From: Octopus vulgaris
Taxonomy: Eukaryota
DNA: 64,000 nucleotides
NCBI GenBank assembly: GCA_951406725.2
Contig: OX597815.1
Coordinates: 95,294,001-95,358,000, forward strand
Reading direction: 5' to 3'
In this document: positions 27,210 to 42,227 of the stretch, in pieces
Numbering within the stretch: position 1 is the first letter of the stretch
How the letters are laid out: every line of letters begins with the position of its first letter
Program-made: the position numbers and the translations under genes
The notes under the pieces: model-generated
The model's database searches: none
Seen by the model: the letters and a program-made list of their open reading frames with translations, nothing else
What the model was told of the DNA's origin: nothing

Positions 27210-27210
<1 letters not shown>
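26862..27210 (+). mobile_element. Fold-back element: perfect 117-bp inverted repeat + 51-bp G-rich spacer + 3' tail, in (TA)n
   Basis: 26862-26978 is the exact reverse complement of 27030-27146. Confidence 0.92.
27077..27127 (+). ncRNA. Type I hammerhead ribozyme (mirror copy on minus strand at 26881-26931)
   Basis: AGCTTC-CTGATGA-TTTC-TCTT-GAAT-GAA-ACAG-TTCTAGTC-CTGT-A-GAAGCT: stem I 6 bp, stem III 4 bp, GUA triplet; stem II short with a U-U closing mismatch. Confidence 0.75.
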
Positions 27211-27241
<31 letters not shown>

Positions 27242-27800
27242 CGTTTTTGCATTTGGTTTGCAAGATTCTTTATTTTAATTCCTGTGTTGAAGCATATTTT
27301 ATTAGCTGAAGAGAGTACCTTATTATTTACATATAAACAGCTATGCGCAATGTGTTTCCAGAAAGGAGAACTATAAATGTTACCGAATGCGACTAAGGGT
27401 GTAAGGGTGTTAGAACGCGTACATTGCTAGAAATAAGAACCAAGATGATCTTATGCTGTAGTTAAAGCACATAATTTTATACATATATGCTGAGAGGGAC
27501 AGTAATCGCCCAAACACCGATCGAGAATTCCTTATATTCACCGATCAGTTTCCGGTATTTCCTTAGCGTCATTAATGTGTGAGTATTTGTTTGTTTGTCT
27601 GTTCCTCCATCTCCACTTGACAACTGGGGTTAGTTTGTTTAGTTCTCTGCTACCTAACGGTTCAGCACAATAAGTTCCATGGAGTAAGTCGAAAACTCAA
27701 AAGCATGTTTTTGAGTCGTTTTGTTCAAGAAAACTCTTCAAAGCGGTTGCGTAGGTGGTTTCCATTTGCTATAGTTCAGAGAGTGATGCAAAATAAAGAG

Positions 27801-27901
<101 letters not shown>

Positions 27902-28709
27902 GTCTGTCTGTCTGCCTGTCCGTCTGTCCCTCTCTCCCTCTCTCTCTACACACATATATATATATGTATTTTTTTTTCAAACAGAGGCGTGATGGTAATT
28001 TCGAAGTTAAATAAATATCCACTATAAAAATAATAAAGTTTGTCTATGTAACAAACAAACATTGTTACATACAAACACAATACACACATATAATTACATA
28101 TCTATGTGTGCATGTGTCTATGCATGCGTTTGTATCTGTGCGCATGTATGTGTTTTGGAGAGTGTGTATGTTGTGTGTTTTTGTACCTCTGTGTAAGTGC
28201 GTATGTGTAAGTTTGTTTGTGAGGTTTTATGTGTGTGTGCGTATGTGTGTGTGTGGCTCTGTGTGTGTATGTACGAAATATACAGGCATTTCTTTGTGAA
28301 TAGTAGTGGAGATTTTGTGAATGAATGTGACTTAGTGAGAGCGCATTACAAGCAGCAAGTGCTCAGTGATGAAAGTGCAAATATTACCTCCCAAACACAA
28401 GCATAATTAAAGTAGCTAATTTAGTCATGGTGATAATTATACTTGAACAGAACAGATAATTCTATGCATATTGATAGGAGTCTCGAAGGTCTTAACTAAA
28501 TAATATATTTTAAAAGAACCTATTTATTATTGAATACGTTTACAGAGGAGAATCAAGCTGTTAAATATTCATAAAAACAGAAAACCTTTAAAATAAAAAT
28601 AGATTGATATGTCATACAATTTACTGAAACCCGTGATGCAGATCAGAAATATGTTTATGTATGTGCGTTTGCATATCTGTGTGTGAAATATGTGCCCATG
28701 TGTGCGTGC

Positions 28710-28742
<33 letters not shown>

Positions 28743-29056
28743 CGTTCCTTTTGCATGCGTGTGTGTGCGTCAGGGTGTGTGTGCGCTCTGGTGTGTGTGT
28801 CTTAAAGTGTATGTGTTTATACAGCAAATGATAGTTCATCGTCTGTAATTGGGGGGGGGGGGCATTTTAACCTAATACCTTACACAATACAAGAATCGTA
28901 AACGAGTTCTAGAAACAAAGCTGTTATGAGAGTACATCATAAATTACAGGTGAAATCATACGATGAAAATTGAAAGAATGAACAGAGCCATGTTAGAAGA
29001 GATTAACTTGCAGTTTGGAAATAACCTTTCTATCATTTTCTATTATTGTTCTGTGA

Positions 29057-29383
29057 GGGCGCGTGGCTTAGTGGTTAGGGCATTCGGCTCATGATCGTAA
29101 GGTTGTGAGTTCGATTCCAGGCGACGCGTTGTGTCCTTGAGCAAGACACTTTATTTCACGTTGCTCCAGTTCACTCAGCTGGCAAAAATGAGTTGTACTG
29201 GTATTTCAAAGGGTCAGCCTTGTCACTCTCTGTGTCACGCTGATTATCCCCGAGAACTACGTTAAGGGTACACGTGTCTGTGGAATGCTCAGCCATTTGC
29301 ACGTTAATTTCACGAGCAAGCTGTTCCGTTGATCGTATCAGCTGGGACCCTCGTCGTCGTAACCGGCGGAGTCTTTTTTTTTA
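29057..29383 (+). mobile_element. Full-length tRNA-derived SINE with TSD
   Basis: A-box TGGCTTAGTGG, B-box GAGTTCGATTCC, central GTTGTGTCCTTGAGCAAGACAC domain, T-rich end; 15-bp TSD ATTATTGTTCTGTGA at 29042-29056 and 29384-29398. Confidence 0.92.
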
Positions 29384-32300
29384 ATTATTGTTCTGTGAAA
29401 CGCTTGGTGAGCCGTTTGTTGGCATATTGGTATCATCTCAGACAACATTGAAGTTGGAGTTTGAAACATTTAGGCAGTGATTGGTGTAACTCTACAGAAA
29501 TGTTTTTTGCTCATAACAATACGGGTGAGTTTCTCTAATTCCCATCTTATAAGAACGCTGACAATGTATCGCTCCTACAGTAGCGAAGCATTGTTCTATC
29601 AACTGTAGTTATATGATCAGGATACCTCCGTCAGCTAGGTCTTTCTGTGTTCATTTCAGGTGTCGAAAGAAAACATCGATGTCTAACACGTCAAATGTTG
29701 CTAAAGGTATATTCAAGCCAAAAGGAACTGGTCAGGTTGGCTAACAATAATCAACAAAACCATGCAATGATCATGTTTGTATGAGTTATTCCTGATTATT
29801 AGCGAAAAGTTCATCTGATTGCTCATATTTCTAATGACATCAAAAATAAAATAACTATTTTTCATCAGCTAATGTAAAAATGATAAAATTCTCGGCCTGT
29901 TCTACAACCACTAGAATGTAGCCAAACTAGACACAGACACATGCACATATGCATACACACATAAACATGCAGACCTTTAGCTGCATTAATAATTGCAGGC
30001 TAAAAATATTAGATTTAAAAAATAAACACACTCAACGCTGTTACATTGAGTTATAATAACATATGGTTAGTTAAAAACTGCACAACATGTTTCATGCCCA
30101 CCCATTGCGGATAATTTTAAAGTATAAATTACAATCAATCAGTCCAAATATAATCATAAATATGCATTCTCATAAACTTTTATACAGCGTTACATTTAAA
30201 TATATATCATTATGACTACGTACATATGCATTGCACTAAGTACAGCAATCATCTTAAATACGTGCGTTCACAATAATGCAGTATATATTTATAGCCACGC
30301 CTGTATTGTTTGCTATTATTTTGCGTTACCTCATTGTAAAACTGCTAATCCCAGACTTTGAAACGCCTTTTCGAAATGTAAAGCTTAAGCTTAACCAAGC
30401 CAGACTTAATAATAACGGTTAAATTGTTATTGGCTTCAATTATCATTATATTGTTCATTGACACAGGAAAATATAACTAATTGCTTTGTGTCTGTAAATA
30501 ATAAAACAACATGGAAAGAGTATTATTTAGAGTTTAAAATGCTCAAACGCATGATAACTCAACACCCTGCACATGCAATGTCGGAAACATATTTCTATAC
30601 ATGGTTCTATGCGTTATCCTTATCACAAATTAAAATGAACGTTATGGAAATGTTTTCACATTCACGGTCATCTTTACTCCAATCAGCATTTTTTTTTAGC
30701 GTAATTTAATTAAAAGAAACAAATGTTGAAGGCTTTTGACAGTGAGATCAATATCACTGACAGATATTAATTATCATGCCTTTGTTGATTTCAGTTTCTA
30801 AAGTAATTATGGTAATCGAGAGATGGGTATGATATAATTATTTTGATACTCTGTGTCAGGTGCAAAGGAAAAGTGTTTAATTAGCTTTTTGCTTGAATTC
30901 TTAATATAATTAGAAATGCTGTTGGATCAATTTTAACTTATTAGTCCAAATACCGTAGGCTTTCATGCAATTTGCAGCGAATCATTAACTGTAAATATCA
31001 GGAGATTTATTTGACTTTAGTTGCGTGTTTATTCTCTCTTGAAATGTGGACCAGTTGTTTGGCAGAAATATGTGAAAAGCTGATAGTTAATTGCTATAAA
31101 TATGTTTTTAACCTTGATACAGTGCCGGCAAGCAGCTTGATTATTCTATGGCGGATAATCAAGTCTGTTAATATAATGCCAAGTTTGAGAATTTATCAAG
31201 TAAAATTCAATGATTCTGGTCTTGTCCTAACAATTTAAGGGCAAATTGGATGCGATGTAACTGACATGTTCCCAATTGCCATAATGAACGAAATGGTAGT
31301 TAGAAGTATCACACTGTACTTAAAATTTACATTTTATTACGTGGGCACTTTTCTACTGAAATTAATTTTCATAGAGCTCATGGGAAAACCTCTTCTTTTA
31401 TTCTCAATTAGTTGGAAGATTTTAAATATTCTGCTTTCAAGTTGGAAACGCAATATCATTTGTTGTCACTTTATTAGGATACACATTCAAACAGGAAAGT
31501 AAAATAGGTTTAATTTAATAATATAAGACAGTTTAAGCATAAGTTTCAGACAAAACGCAAACATATTGTACTAATGGAATTGGAGCCAAGTATATATCTA
31601 TTACTATCATAATACGTCACCTAATATACTATAGAGCATTTGTTGTTTTCAATTGAACACCATACATGTTTTTGCGATTCTAACTATACTATTTTTATTT
31701 CAACAATATATTTCTTCCCTCAAATAAAACTAGCAGAGTAGATCAGTCGACTAACGGCTAAAAAGAGAATGGTTTCTTGTTTTGGCTCCATGTTTCCAAT
31801 AAGACATAACCTCGTATATCGGACAAAGTTACCGAAGTATCAAATTTATGAATTAGAAATGCATTTTACAGTGCGATTGTCTCATGTTGCTGCTTATAAT
31901 CTTGATTAGATGGCAATTCTGAATAATGTTTGATTCTCAGTTATATGATAACAAGTTAGCTTTTAGGTATAATTCAGATATTTGCTGGCCCTTCCATATC
32001 TTCCCTCAACTACACGGGCTCTGAATGCATAAATGAGAAATTGTTTAAAAGTAGAAAAACAAAATAGGTATGAATATCTCCATTATTGAGTGCAATTAGA
32101 AGCCGTCCACATGTCTGTGTATATGTGCATATGTGTGTGTATGAGTATGTGTGTCTTCAAACAAATTGTGAGCTAGCAAGAAACTCCGGTATAACATGAT
32201 TAGATATCATGAAAACTATAGTCTAGTATTTATACATTAAATAAGGATATACAATTCTCATTGAATTACTAGGAAAATATTCCAAACGTGACAGTCTAAA

Positions 32301-33284
32301 GTACTGATAATTTTATGAGTTTGTGTTGTCGGTCCACCTTGCTCAGTGTTTGTTTTGTCCGATATTTCTATAAAAGGAATTCTGTATCTACCACGAATTA
32401 TTATATATAAGTTTTACTTAGTTTCTTTTCTTGAGAAATATTTTACTTGCTTTCAAGAAAACCTTCTTGGCTCTCTTAATATATTTAACAGAGTAATAAC
32501 TCCAATTACTATATTCGAGTGACTTAAGTAATTGAAAATATTGTTATTTAAATTTTAAATGATTTCAGCACCTGTGCTCTATAGTGTATTAGGATCTCAT
32601 GATTGCAATTTTGTGCATATGAATTGTTAAGCACGCACGCACACGCGCACATATGCACACTCACACACACACACGTACACACACACACACACACACAGGC
32701 ACGCAGCCACACGCACACACGCGGATACACAAGTATATATATATATGTCTTTATGTATGTATTAAAAATTTAACTTTTATCTTGAAGCTAGTAAAGATTT
32801 ATGTGTATATATGAGATACTATGATGTATTCCATTATCATACTTTGTGTGTCATTATTTTCTGTTGATAGAAAATGCGTTCCAAATGAGAACCTGTGAAT
32901 AGTAATAATTTTCTCAGTTAGTGAGTCTACTAAAGACAAATGAAATATGTTCCCTCTGGGGCCTTTTGAATAAATGCCAGTACACCAATTTTCACTTATT
33001 CTGGACTGGACCCAGAATTTCACCAAACCTTATATATTTCAAAATATACTATATATTTATATGATGTGTTTATCGGGCAGTTATAAATTCAGTTTCTGCC
33101 GATCTAGGAACACAGTGTAACACTAGAGTTTTAAAAGCCTATCAGATTTCCAATAATAAAACCTGTTAGTTTACTTCGCAGGTGGCAAAGGCCTTTTTAA
33201 CGATATTGCATTGCAATTTCAAATATGAAGAAGCACAGTGTGGGGTAATGGCTGTGGAATTAGCATTATCCACAATGCAATAAC

Positions 33285-33306
33285 ACTACTACTGCTGCTG
33301 CTGCTG

Positions 33307-33370
<64 letters not shown>

Positions 33371-33386
33371 CACTACTACTACAACA

Positions 33387-33441
<55 letters not shown>

Positions 33442-33478
33442 ATACTACTAATACTACTAATAATAATATTAATAAATA
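33285..33478. repeat. (CTA)n microsatellite
   Basis: Directly visible. Confidence 0.97.
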
Positions 33479-34486
33479 ACACGATGAGAAGTGAAAAATA
33501 TACTCAGCTTGATCTACAGACGGCCAATGCTATAACTAGAAAAAAGAATGTGCTGTCTTTGATGTGTTTCGTGACAAGTATAAAGTATGTTATACTGGAG
33601 TCACTTGATGGTAGTGTAATGTACTTTTAGAGACAATATTTAAATATAAAAAAAAGAAAGAAAATACTTTTAATAATTCAAAGTAACAAGCTGCGTGAGT
33701 GGAAATTATGAGGTTTTATGAATTACTTACAAATCAGATGATATATGATAGAAGATCTCTGGTGAATGGAAGATTAACATGAAAGCATATTTTTCTGACA
33801 TGATATGACTTTAGTCTCGTCTCACTTCCGTATAATATTGAATTTCTATCTGAGTTTATTTCATTTTCGTCCTAAACATAGTAGATAAGTTAGTATATGT
33901 ACTTTATTTATTGAGCAAAGTGTTTCATTATATTTAAAAGTATTTTATAAATAAATGTGAACATCTGTAAGATAATTCGAAATGGAGACCAGATAAGTGC
34001 GCAGAATATATGATTTGTGCGCAGAAACTTCAAATCACACGTTCTCAAAAACCCATCGTTAATCTGGTAATTACTCCTCCTATCTGTGGGTATTTTATAT
34101 GAAGTAAAAAAAAAAACATGTAATAATTGAAGTAGAAAAAAGATTATTTCATACACGAACTTCTGTTTGTTTATTCTATGGTAATAAGTGAGTTGTATGT
34201 GTTATTTTATATATCAATGCAGTAATGGCAATCATATAATACACAAGGCTTTGATCAGTACGGAGCTGTAATGAAAAATAATGGCTCAATGTAGAACTGA
34301 ACCCACGCTGACATGGTTGTAAAGCAAGCTTCTCAACCACACAGCCACGCCTATAAATGTGAGATGCATTTTGGATAATATACACCTTGATACAATATAC
34401 TTAACAAAAATGGGATGTTCCCGGCGAGAAAAATTTGATTTTAATATTTACTCGAGCAATGCAACAACTAATAACACTGCACCATA

Positions 34487-34944
34487 CAGGGTGTCCAGAA
34501 TCAACTATATGTTTCAATGAAATTGACAGAATTTTATGTTTATAACCAAAACAAATTTATAAATCTTATATCAAACTTTTATTGAACATTTCAACATGTT
34601 TGTAACCCTGCATACATCAAATCTCTCAGCGTTGTGAAACACATTTTGACGCATTTCAGGAGTTAGCTCCTACACAACTAACAGAACGTGCGTGTTCTTT
34701 AAGCTCAGCTGAACGATTCCTTCGTCTTAGGGATAGAGGTAAAAAAAAATGATTGCTGCCAAATTAAAAAAAAAAGGTATCATGGACATATAAGATGGGT
34801 CCAACAAGAATGAAAATAAAATTATGAACAAAGTTTAAGATTTATACACTTTTAACACATTCAACATGATAAACATAAATAAAAGTGAGTTTTAAAAAAT
34901 TCGTCCGATTTCTCTCGAATCATCATTAATTCTGGGACACCCAG
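34487..34944. mobile_element. Tc1/mariner-type MITE
   Basis: TA-CAGGGTGTCCAGAAT ... ATTCTGGGACACCCAG-TA. Confidence 0.7.
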
Positions 34945-37299
34945 TAGTTACTCGTCCGACTAAATGAGGGAGAGAACACAGGAGAGGTCTAATTGCAGGT
35001 GTCGAGCATAACTTCCGGAAGTGGTCACGCGGTCAAACTCAAATGGCTGTGAGTTTGTTTTTTTGTATGAACAATTTGCATTATATAGTTCAGACATGGA
35101 TGACATAGAAAGCAGACATGCTGCCGAGCCATGTTGCATTGCGCAGGACTGGAAACGTGAAACATCAACAGGGTATTTCTGGAGAATGGATGAATGGGTT
35201 TGTTGTGCTTTTGCTCAACCTCACACACACGCACATGGCTCTGTGGTGCGCGGGATGGTAACATGCAGCATCAATAGGGCGCCGATAAAAATTTTAATAT
35301 TCTTTTCATTTTCTCTGCCAAACTGGACAAAAAGGTTTTCATGAAATATTATACGCTGCTTATAATGCATAAGTAATATCAATATTTTATCGTCGGAAAA
35401 TGGCTTAAAACAAAGATAAAATTCAGTGTAGTGTATTCAACTCTGATTAATCCGCATTTTTGTGGTGGTCGGGTGGAGGTATAGGTGGTGTCAGAAATTC
35501 TTTTCAGTCAATAACAATTCGAGGAGCCTGAACAATCTTTGTTGCAAATTTGGAGGAAAACGACTTGATACTCTCCAAGTTACAGCCTTAACGCTGCAAA
35601 AATGCTCATAAACATGCAGTTTATCTGTTCCTGGGCCTGCATTAGGAAAGACATTGAAATTTCTTTTGACTCGTGGCACTCCATGGACTCTATGTAATGC
35701 ATGTGTAAAATTTCATTAAAATCGGTTGGGTGGATCTCGAGTTTTAATGACATGACAAAAACACAGACAGACACACGTCCTGTGTTTTATATATAGAGAA
35801 AGCTATCTTCTAAAAATGGCTTGTAGCACAGTATGTTTGCAATAGGTTACACACTTGACTAAAAAGGAATTAACAATAATAATCGAACTCTTTTGTTAAA
35901 TTGAAGATAATATGACGTTATTTTAAATGAAAATTTAAACATTAGTTCTATGCATGATATGTGCTTAAGAATTCATTTCGCAACTATGTCAAGTAAGAAT
36001 CCATCTACACCGCAGTATCTTGAAGATGTTTGTAGTCCTACAGCCAGGAATCTATAAAACGCGTTGTGAAAAACATTAGGTGTTGGGAATTTGTTCCTAC
36101 TTATGAGTGGCAAACCTACACGGCCACACTTGTTACTAACTCTATGTATTCATGGGTAATTTTAGCAGTCTAATCTGTTGGAAATATTTGGGTCTGGTAC
36201 CCTTTCTCAGGATGACAACCTCTCTACAATTCGTCTCTTACAAAGTCACTGGAAAAAGTGCTGGACGCGGCTATTCTACATTTATCTAATTCATAATCAA
36301 TAAAATTAAAATGCAAAATCAATTACGGTGGAAATTTACTATTTTGCACAGTCGTCCGTGTATATATTATCACCCTTTGCGGCTAATCTTTGGATTCCTG
36401 TTTACTATTTAGTGGGAGGCGGGTTGTTGGTGATCATAGTTTAGGGATCACCTCCAGAGTAAAGTCTATAGAGGCTGCCTAATCGGAGGAAAATACATTA
36501 TTTTAAACCATGTAGGTCAATATGAACGTTGATAAATAACGAGAAAAAATATGTTTTCATATGTAATTGATATCGGAGTATATTTTCAAAGATTTTAATC
36601 ATCTATGAAGTTACATTTGTTGGAAGAAATATTATGTACATAATGTGAAAAATAGTTTTCTCAACTTCGATAACTAAAATGCACGATAGTATCTAGGGAT
36701 GTTTACTATAATCTTTAAATGCCTGCTGTGGATGCATGTCTTATGTTAAAACATGTTCACGCTGTTCTACTATCAATGCTTACATACTTTTAAATTACTG
36801 ATGTACAAATGGCATATCTAAGATATTCAGTTCCTTAAACGAGCAGTTCTTGCTTATCGCTTGCGAAAACTTTGTGTGCCTGTTTTAGTTTCTCGGAAGT
36901 TACATTTAGAAACAATTTTTACTATCAATAATTGATAGTTACATTCTCATTTTATTGTAGTTGTATGAGAGATATTTTGTTGGGCTGTAGATTTGAATTT
37001 CCCCATTTTCAACTATACTTCAGTCTTGCACAGTATCATGATGTCTGAATAAGCGAGCATGCAAATGGAAAAATAATGTTAATTACATAAGAAAGCTAAT
37101 TTCAACTCAATTGCTTCTGGAGTAAAACTAATTGGTTTAAGGCATTTTCCTAGCTAATTGACAATAGCTGGGGAAATTCCTATATCTACACACTATGCTA
37201 AATTACTTAGCACTCCAGTTGCTGAAAACAATCAACTGAAATATAACTATACATATGTACTTCGTTCAGTTCACAAGTTCATCTGTCTATCAAAGCTGC

Positions 37300-38010
37300 A
37301 GTTCATACTTTTGGCTCCTCACTAAAGAACTTCTACCACATTTACAGAAATTCTCTGTTTATCCTCTTTGTAAACCTGTTGGTTTTGCAAACCGTATTCC
37401 TGTGGCGGAAACCTCCCTACTTGATATCCGCTTTGCATTCATCTGGCTTCAAATCCATCACTCTAGATCGCCTCAATATTCCCCTTCTCGTAAACACACA
37501 GTATTGTATCCAACTCCTAGTAAGGCAATCTTTCTAATCCAGTCAAAACATTTAAGTATAGATCTCAATCAACAAATCTATGGTTATAGAAATCGCGTTC
37601 CTGAATGATAATTAGTCGGTTTTCTATAACATCAAATTTAATAGATCACTACAATACAATTTTGTTCAGAAATAGACCCACGCTTTCGGGAAGTTTGGTT
37701 AGAGTCATTGCACTTGGTAGCAGTAACATACATATTCTACTGTATCTACTATTTCTCATTTATCTAATTGAATGTTCGTGTCGGATCACACCATCGTAGC
37801 ACATACAAGCGAAACATTGCGCTCCAAGCATAGATATTTGTACAGTACGTGAACAGTTATCTCCAAATCGTTATCCAGAACTGACCTGTCAATATTGTCA
37901 ACCTTAGCATTATAATCACAACAGATGTCACACGATATATTTCCGCCTAAATATGCACATTTAGCAACTAGGGCCCTCCCCTTTCTAACAATTCTTGGTT
38001 TCATTTGGTC
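37300..38010 (-). mobile_element. Highly decayed RTE-like LINE C-terminus
   Basis: VAKCAYLGGNISCD resembles the RTE motif KFxYLGSxIS; downstream RRGILRRSRVMD..KADIK; many stops. Confidence 0.35.
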
Positions 38011-38999
38011 TGCTAATTGCTTGTATTTTCCTGGTAATTTTTGAGTATTTTTCTGGTAATTGCTTAGTATTTTTCCTGGCAATTGCTTCTCAAAATAAGA
38101 AAAACTGTATAAATGTAGCATTTTTCAGAGTAAGAAAATATTTCGTATTCCCCAAGTTATTAATATCCTAGAAAGTCGATAATGAATATCTGCTATTACA
38201 TATAAGCGGAAATATTGCTACGCACACATGCACCGTATACAAAGTCCAAAATCTAGATCGTAAGTATTAGCATTAAGTCTAACGTCAACCAACATCAATT
38301 TCTCGTCAACAGACACAATGTCTTTTCCACTGGTATTATTTTCTTACTGCAGGCTACTGTGTTCCCCCTCCACTGAAGTACTTGCGATTAATACACCTCC
38401 CCTCTCACTCATACTGTTCCCACCACACCCAACCACATCACTAAACACCTTTTTTAGACTCTGTCTTTCATTCCAAGAACGTGAGCTAGTGAATGTTGTT
38501 GCAACCTTCAGCTTGCGACTATTTAAGGGAACTATTTTCTTCAGCTGCCAGCAATAATGCAGGGTAATATATATCAAACCATTGAGTTCTGGTTAGATAT
38601 GCACTCGTATAATGTCACACACACACACGGTTGCACGCACATTCACATACGCGCACACACAAATATACAGACACACAGACACGCACACACTCACACACAC
38701 AAAAACACAACCTTGCGCGCGCATACACACACACTCACATGCACACAATCGTATAAAATATATTGGGCTGACGAGTAATACATGAGCGTGTTTTTCAAAT
38801 TTAATTTTAACTTCAAGGACCGTTCACACACCGGTCGACCAATTGAGTATAATGAACGTTGCTCATTTAGTGAAGGGAGTAACATAAAGGTAAATGTAAA
38901 CGAGAATAGAAATATATATATAATAATAAACAGAAAAAGAAAAATACGTATAATAGTCATAATAGGGTGACATACTGTAATTTTAAGGAATTCAAGATG

Positions 39000-40330
39000 A
39001 TAAAACACATAAAAAACAGGAAAATATAAATGGTATAAAGTATAAGGATAGGTCTGGTTTAATAGGGAAGGTTTTAAAATTAAACGAAAATCATAATCGT
39101 GACAATACTTAAAATAATATAGAAGATAGTAACAAGACTTGCGTAAATAAAGATACGGGAATTAATGATATAAACATTAATAAAAATAATAATATAATAA
39201 TATGGTTGATAGTCCGATATGGTAAGTTAAAAGTAATATTATTAAAGATATCACTAATACAATAGTATCATTTATTATGGAAAACAAATATATGGAAATA
39301 TTCTATAAAAATAATATAGGAGTTGGGGTATCCAATTCCTAACAATGTAGGGAACATGATTTCATCAATAGATAAGTATAGGCTGAATAAATATTACTAT
39401 GATAATTTAAATAAGCATCTGAATAGGAGTGTTGGAGACCGTAATAGTTGTAATTGTTGGGATAAAAATCACTGGAAATGTAATGGAAGATGTAAAGTAA
39501 TGGATGTAGTATATAAATGTGTGGTTTCTGTAAAAGTAGATGGAAATGAAAAAAGCGGAAAAAATAATACGGATATTGAAAATTATCCAAATAGTACGTA
39601 TAATGGGTCAACATCGAATAAAAGTAAACAACGAATAGCACCGCATATGAATTCATTTAAAAATAAGAAACTAATGAATTCGACAGGATTAAGTAAATAC
39701 ATTTGGAGGTTAAAGTCGAAAGAAATCAATTATGAATTAAAATGGGTTATAATAAGTAACACGAAATCGTATAGAATTGGAAATAGGTCATGTCTCTTAT
39801 GTACCCATGAATTCATGGAGATATTAAGGGCCGAAACGGGACCTCTAAACGCTCAGGAGGAAAGAAAAATAGAATGTAAACATAGACTGAAATGCTTAAT
39901 TAATAATGTCTAACCCTAAATTTAAATCGTAAGTATTATTACTACTATTATTATTTAATATTAACGTACTAGTTTAAATTAACTTAAATTTCGATGTGGG
40001 GAGGTATAGTAGTGCGGTGTGAGGGAAAAAGGGTGGGAATAATACGAAATTAAAGAAAGTAATGCTCCCATGATGTTTTTGTTATTTCCTGGACCATTGT
40101 TACTATTAAGTTAATATGCTAATTAAGTAATAGTTTAAAAGAAGCAGGAAGTAGGTGGGAGTGTAGATGTTTGCCGAGCCTTGCGACGTTAAGCCGAAAT
40201 AAATCTGTAGTAGGACAATGGTAGTCAACGGTAGTTTGTACATGCCACATTATTAGACTATTTTCTTGTGTAACTGCACAGTGATCGTCTCTAAGTTATA
40301 AGCTTAAATATACTATCATTATTATTTATT
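39000..40330 (+). mobile_element. PLE 3' portion with GIY-YIG endonuclease ORF (39323-39913)
   Basis: CNC..C.G.C..VVYKC...YNGST..HMNSF..STGLSKYIWRLK..W.I..CLLC..E..LN..CKH; possible eroded HHR at 40171-40200; preceded by a mariner remnant (~38760-38870). Confidence 0.85.
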
Positions 40331-41248
40331 GAATTGTAAAAATCGACGCTGCTTATCAAACACCATAGCATATATATGTATATATATATATATACAAATA
40401 CATACATATATACTCACTCGCACACGCGCGCGCACGCACACACGCACAAACACAGACACATGACGCACACACACACACACATAAAATGCTATATATTGGC
40501 TTTGCAATCTTCATTCATATTTCTAACAATGTAGGATATATTTGGCTAATTTTAATCAAATATTCAGAATATTTGAAAGCGAATGAAATTCCTTTGTAAT
40601 ATCTGTTCAAGATTTCAACAAAGATTATTTTACTAACTCTAATAAGCACACACATGCACAAGTACATCCAAAATCATCGTATGTACAAATTAGTAAGGAA
40701 TTCTATACTGAAATATTCTACAAACTTTTATAAAGACATTTTATTTGATTTCATAAAAATAAAATTTGATTAAAATTCATCTGATAGTTCCTCCAGTTAA
40801 ATAAATATGTGCAATGCAAAACTATTGTTGCCTTCTGATAATATAAACTTATTTTTGGTTTTCACAATTATTTGTTTTGCGACGGTTTGCAATAATTATG
40901 TTTACTGCAGTCAGCACCTATCTGCATAGTGGGGCTTGGTGTATTCGTAAAGTGATTTATAGTATTGCACACTGATTTGAGAGTAGTAAGGTTTCAATAG
41001 TTAGGGACGCAAAAATACAAATGTTGTGTAGGAGTTGTCAACTGAATATGGCACTGCCTGTATAAAATACACTGGCCTGTAGAAACTTAGGCACACGCTC
41101 ATACTCGTACACGCACAAGCAGATATATACTTACATATATTTGGTATTTTGTCGCTTGGAAAAACGAGTAGCAAGTTATCTATGTTTTCAGCCGAATATA
41201 TTGCACTCTATACGTCTCTTTATTAATACTTTTTGGTTGCAACCTACT

Positions 41249-41333
<85 letters not shown>

Positions 41334-41480
41334 ATCTGTCTGTCTGTTTGGCTATCTGTCTACCTATCTATCTATTTATCTATCTATCTATCTGTCTATC
41401 TATCTATCTATACATACATACCTACATACATACGTGCATGCATACATACATACATACATACATACATACATACATACATG

Positions 41481-41511
<31 letters not shown>

Positions 41512-42227
41512 GCCTGCATACTCTTTCTCTGTTTCTCTAACAATATGAAAGGCAACCAGGTAGGGTGAGGCTGAGTGACTGAGAGAGATAAAGAGAGACA
41601 GGTTGAGAGGGAGCTCGTTTTTGCCGTTTCTTTGTGTGCCGTCTATGGCCATCTGTATCTATAATGATCTTAATCAATGTTGACCTCGGCAGAATTTTAA
41701 CTCATAACGTAATGAACAGAAAGAAATGCAGCAAAATATTTTCCTGTATCTCGTTTCTCAATTCAGCACGCTTAATCATTTTTTGCAATATTGGTCGGAA
41801 GCTGTGCTGGGATTACTGCATGCGTTAGAGTTACTTCACTGATATATTCTGTTACTAGCCTCGAAGTGATGCGAAGTAAAATCGATCTAGACGTGTTTTG
41901 TATTCAGGACGCTGAAAAAGGGACCAAATACCACAAAATACACTACTTGACGACACTGCCAATAAACCGAGTCACCAAAAGCCAGAGGTAAGTAACAATT
42001 GTATGATAACGTTAGGGATGAACTGAAATACTACGATGTATATAAGTTTTGCACGTTCACATATACAGGGAGACAGAAAGGTAAATATGCATATATATCA
42101 CGAGGGACGTAACCAAAATAAAAGGAAATCAACATGAGAAAATGTTTATTTCACTTTGTAGATATCAATAATGTAAACATGTAAACTATATAGGCTTCGA
42201 CATTGCTAAATATTTTTCGTCACCTAA

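Noticed and set aside
29057-29130. Possible tRNA gene
   Set aside because: No acceptor stem; continues into a SINE body bounded by a TSD.
34990-35344. 107-aa ORF, ACTTCCGGAAGT palindrome and splice-like signals
   Set aside because: No recognisable motif; lies between a MITE and a Helitron-like end; a single short palindrome is not evidence of a promoter.
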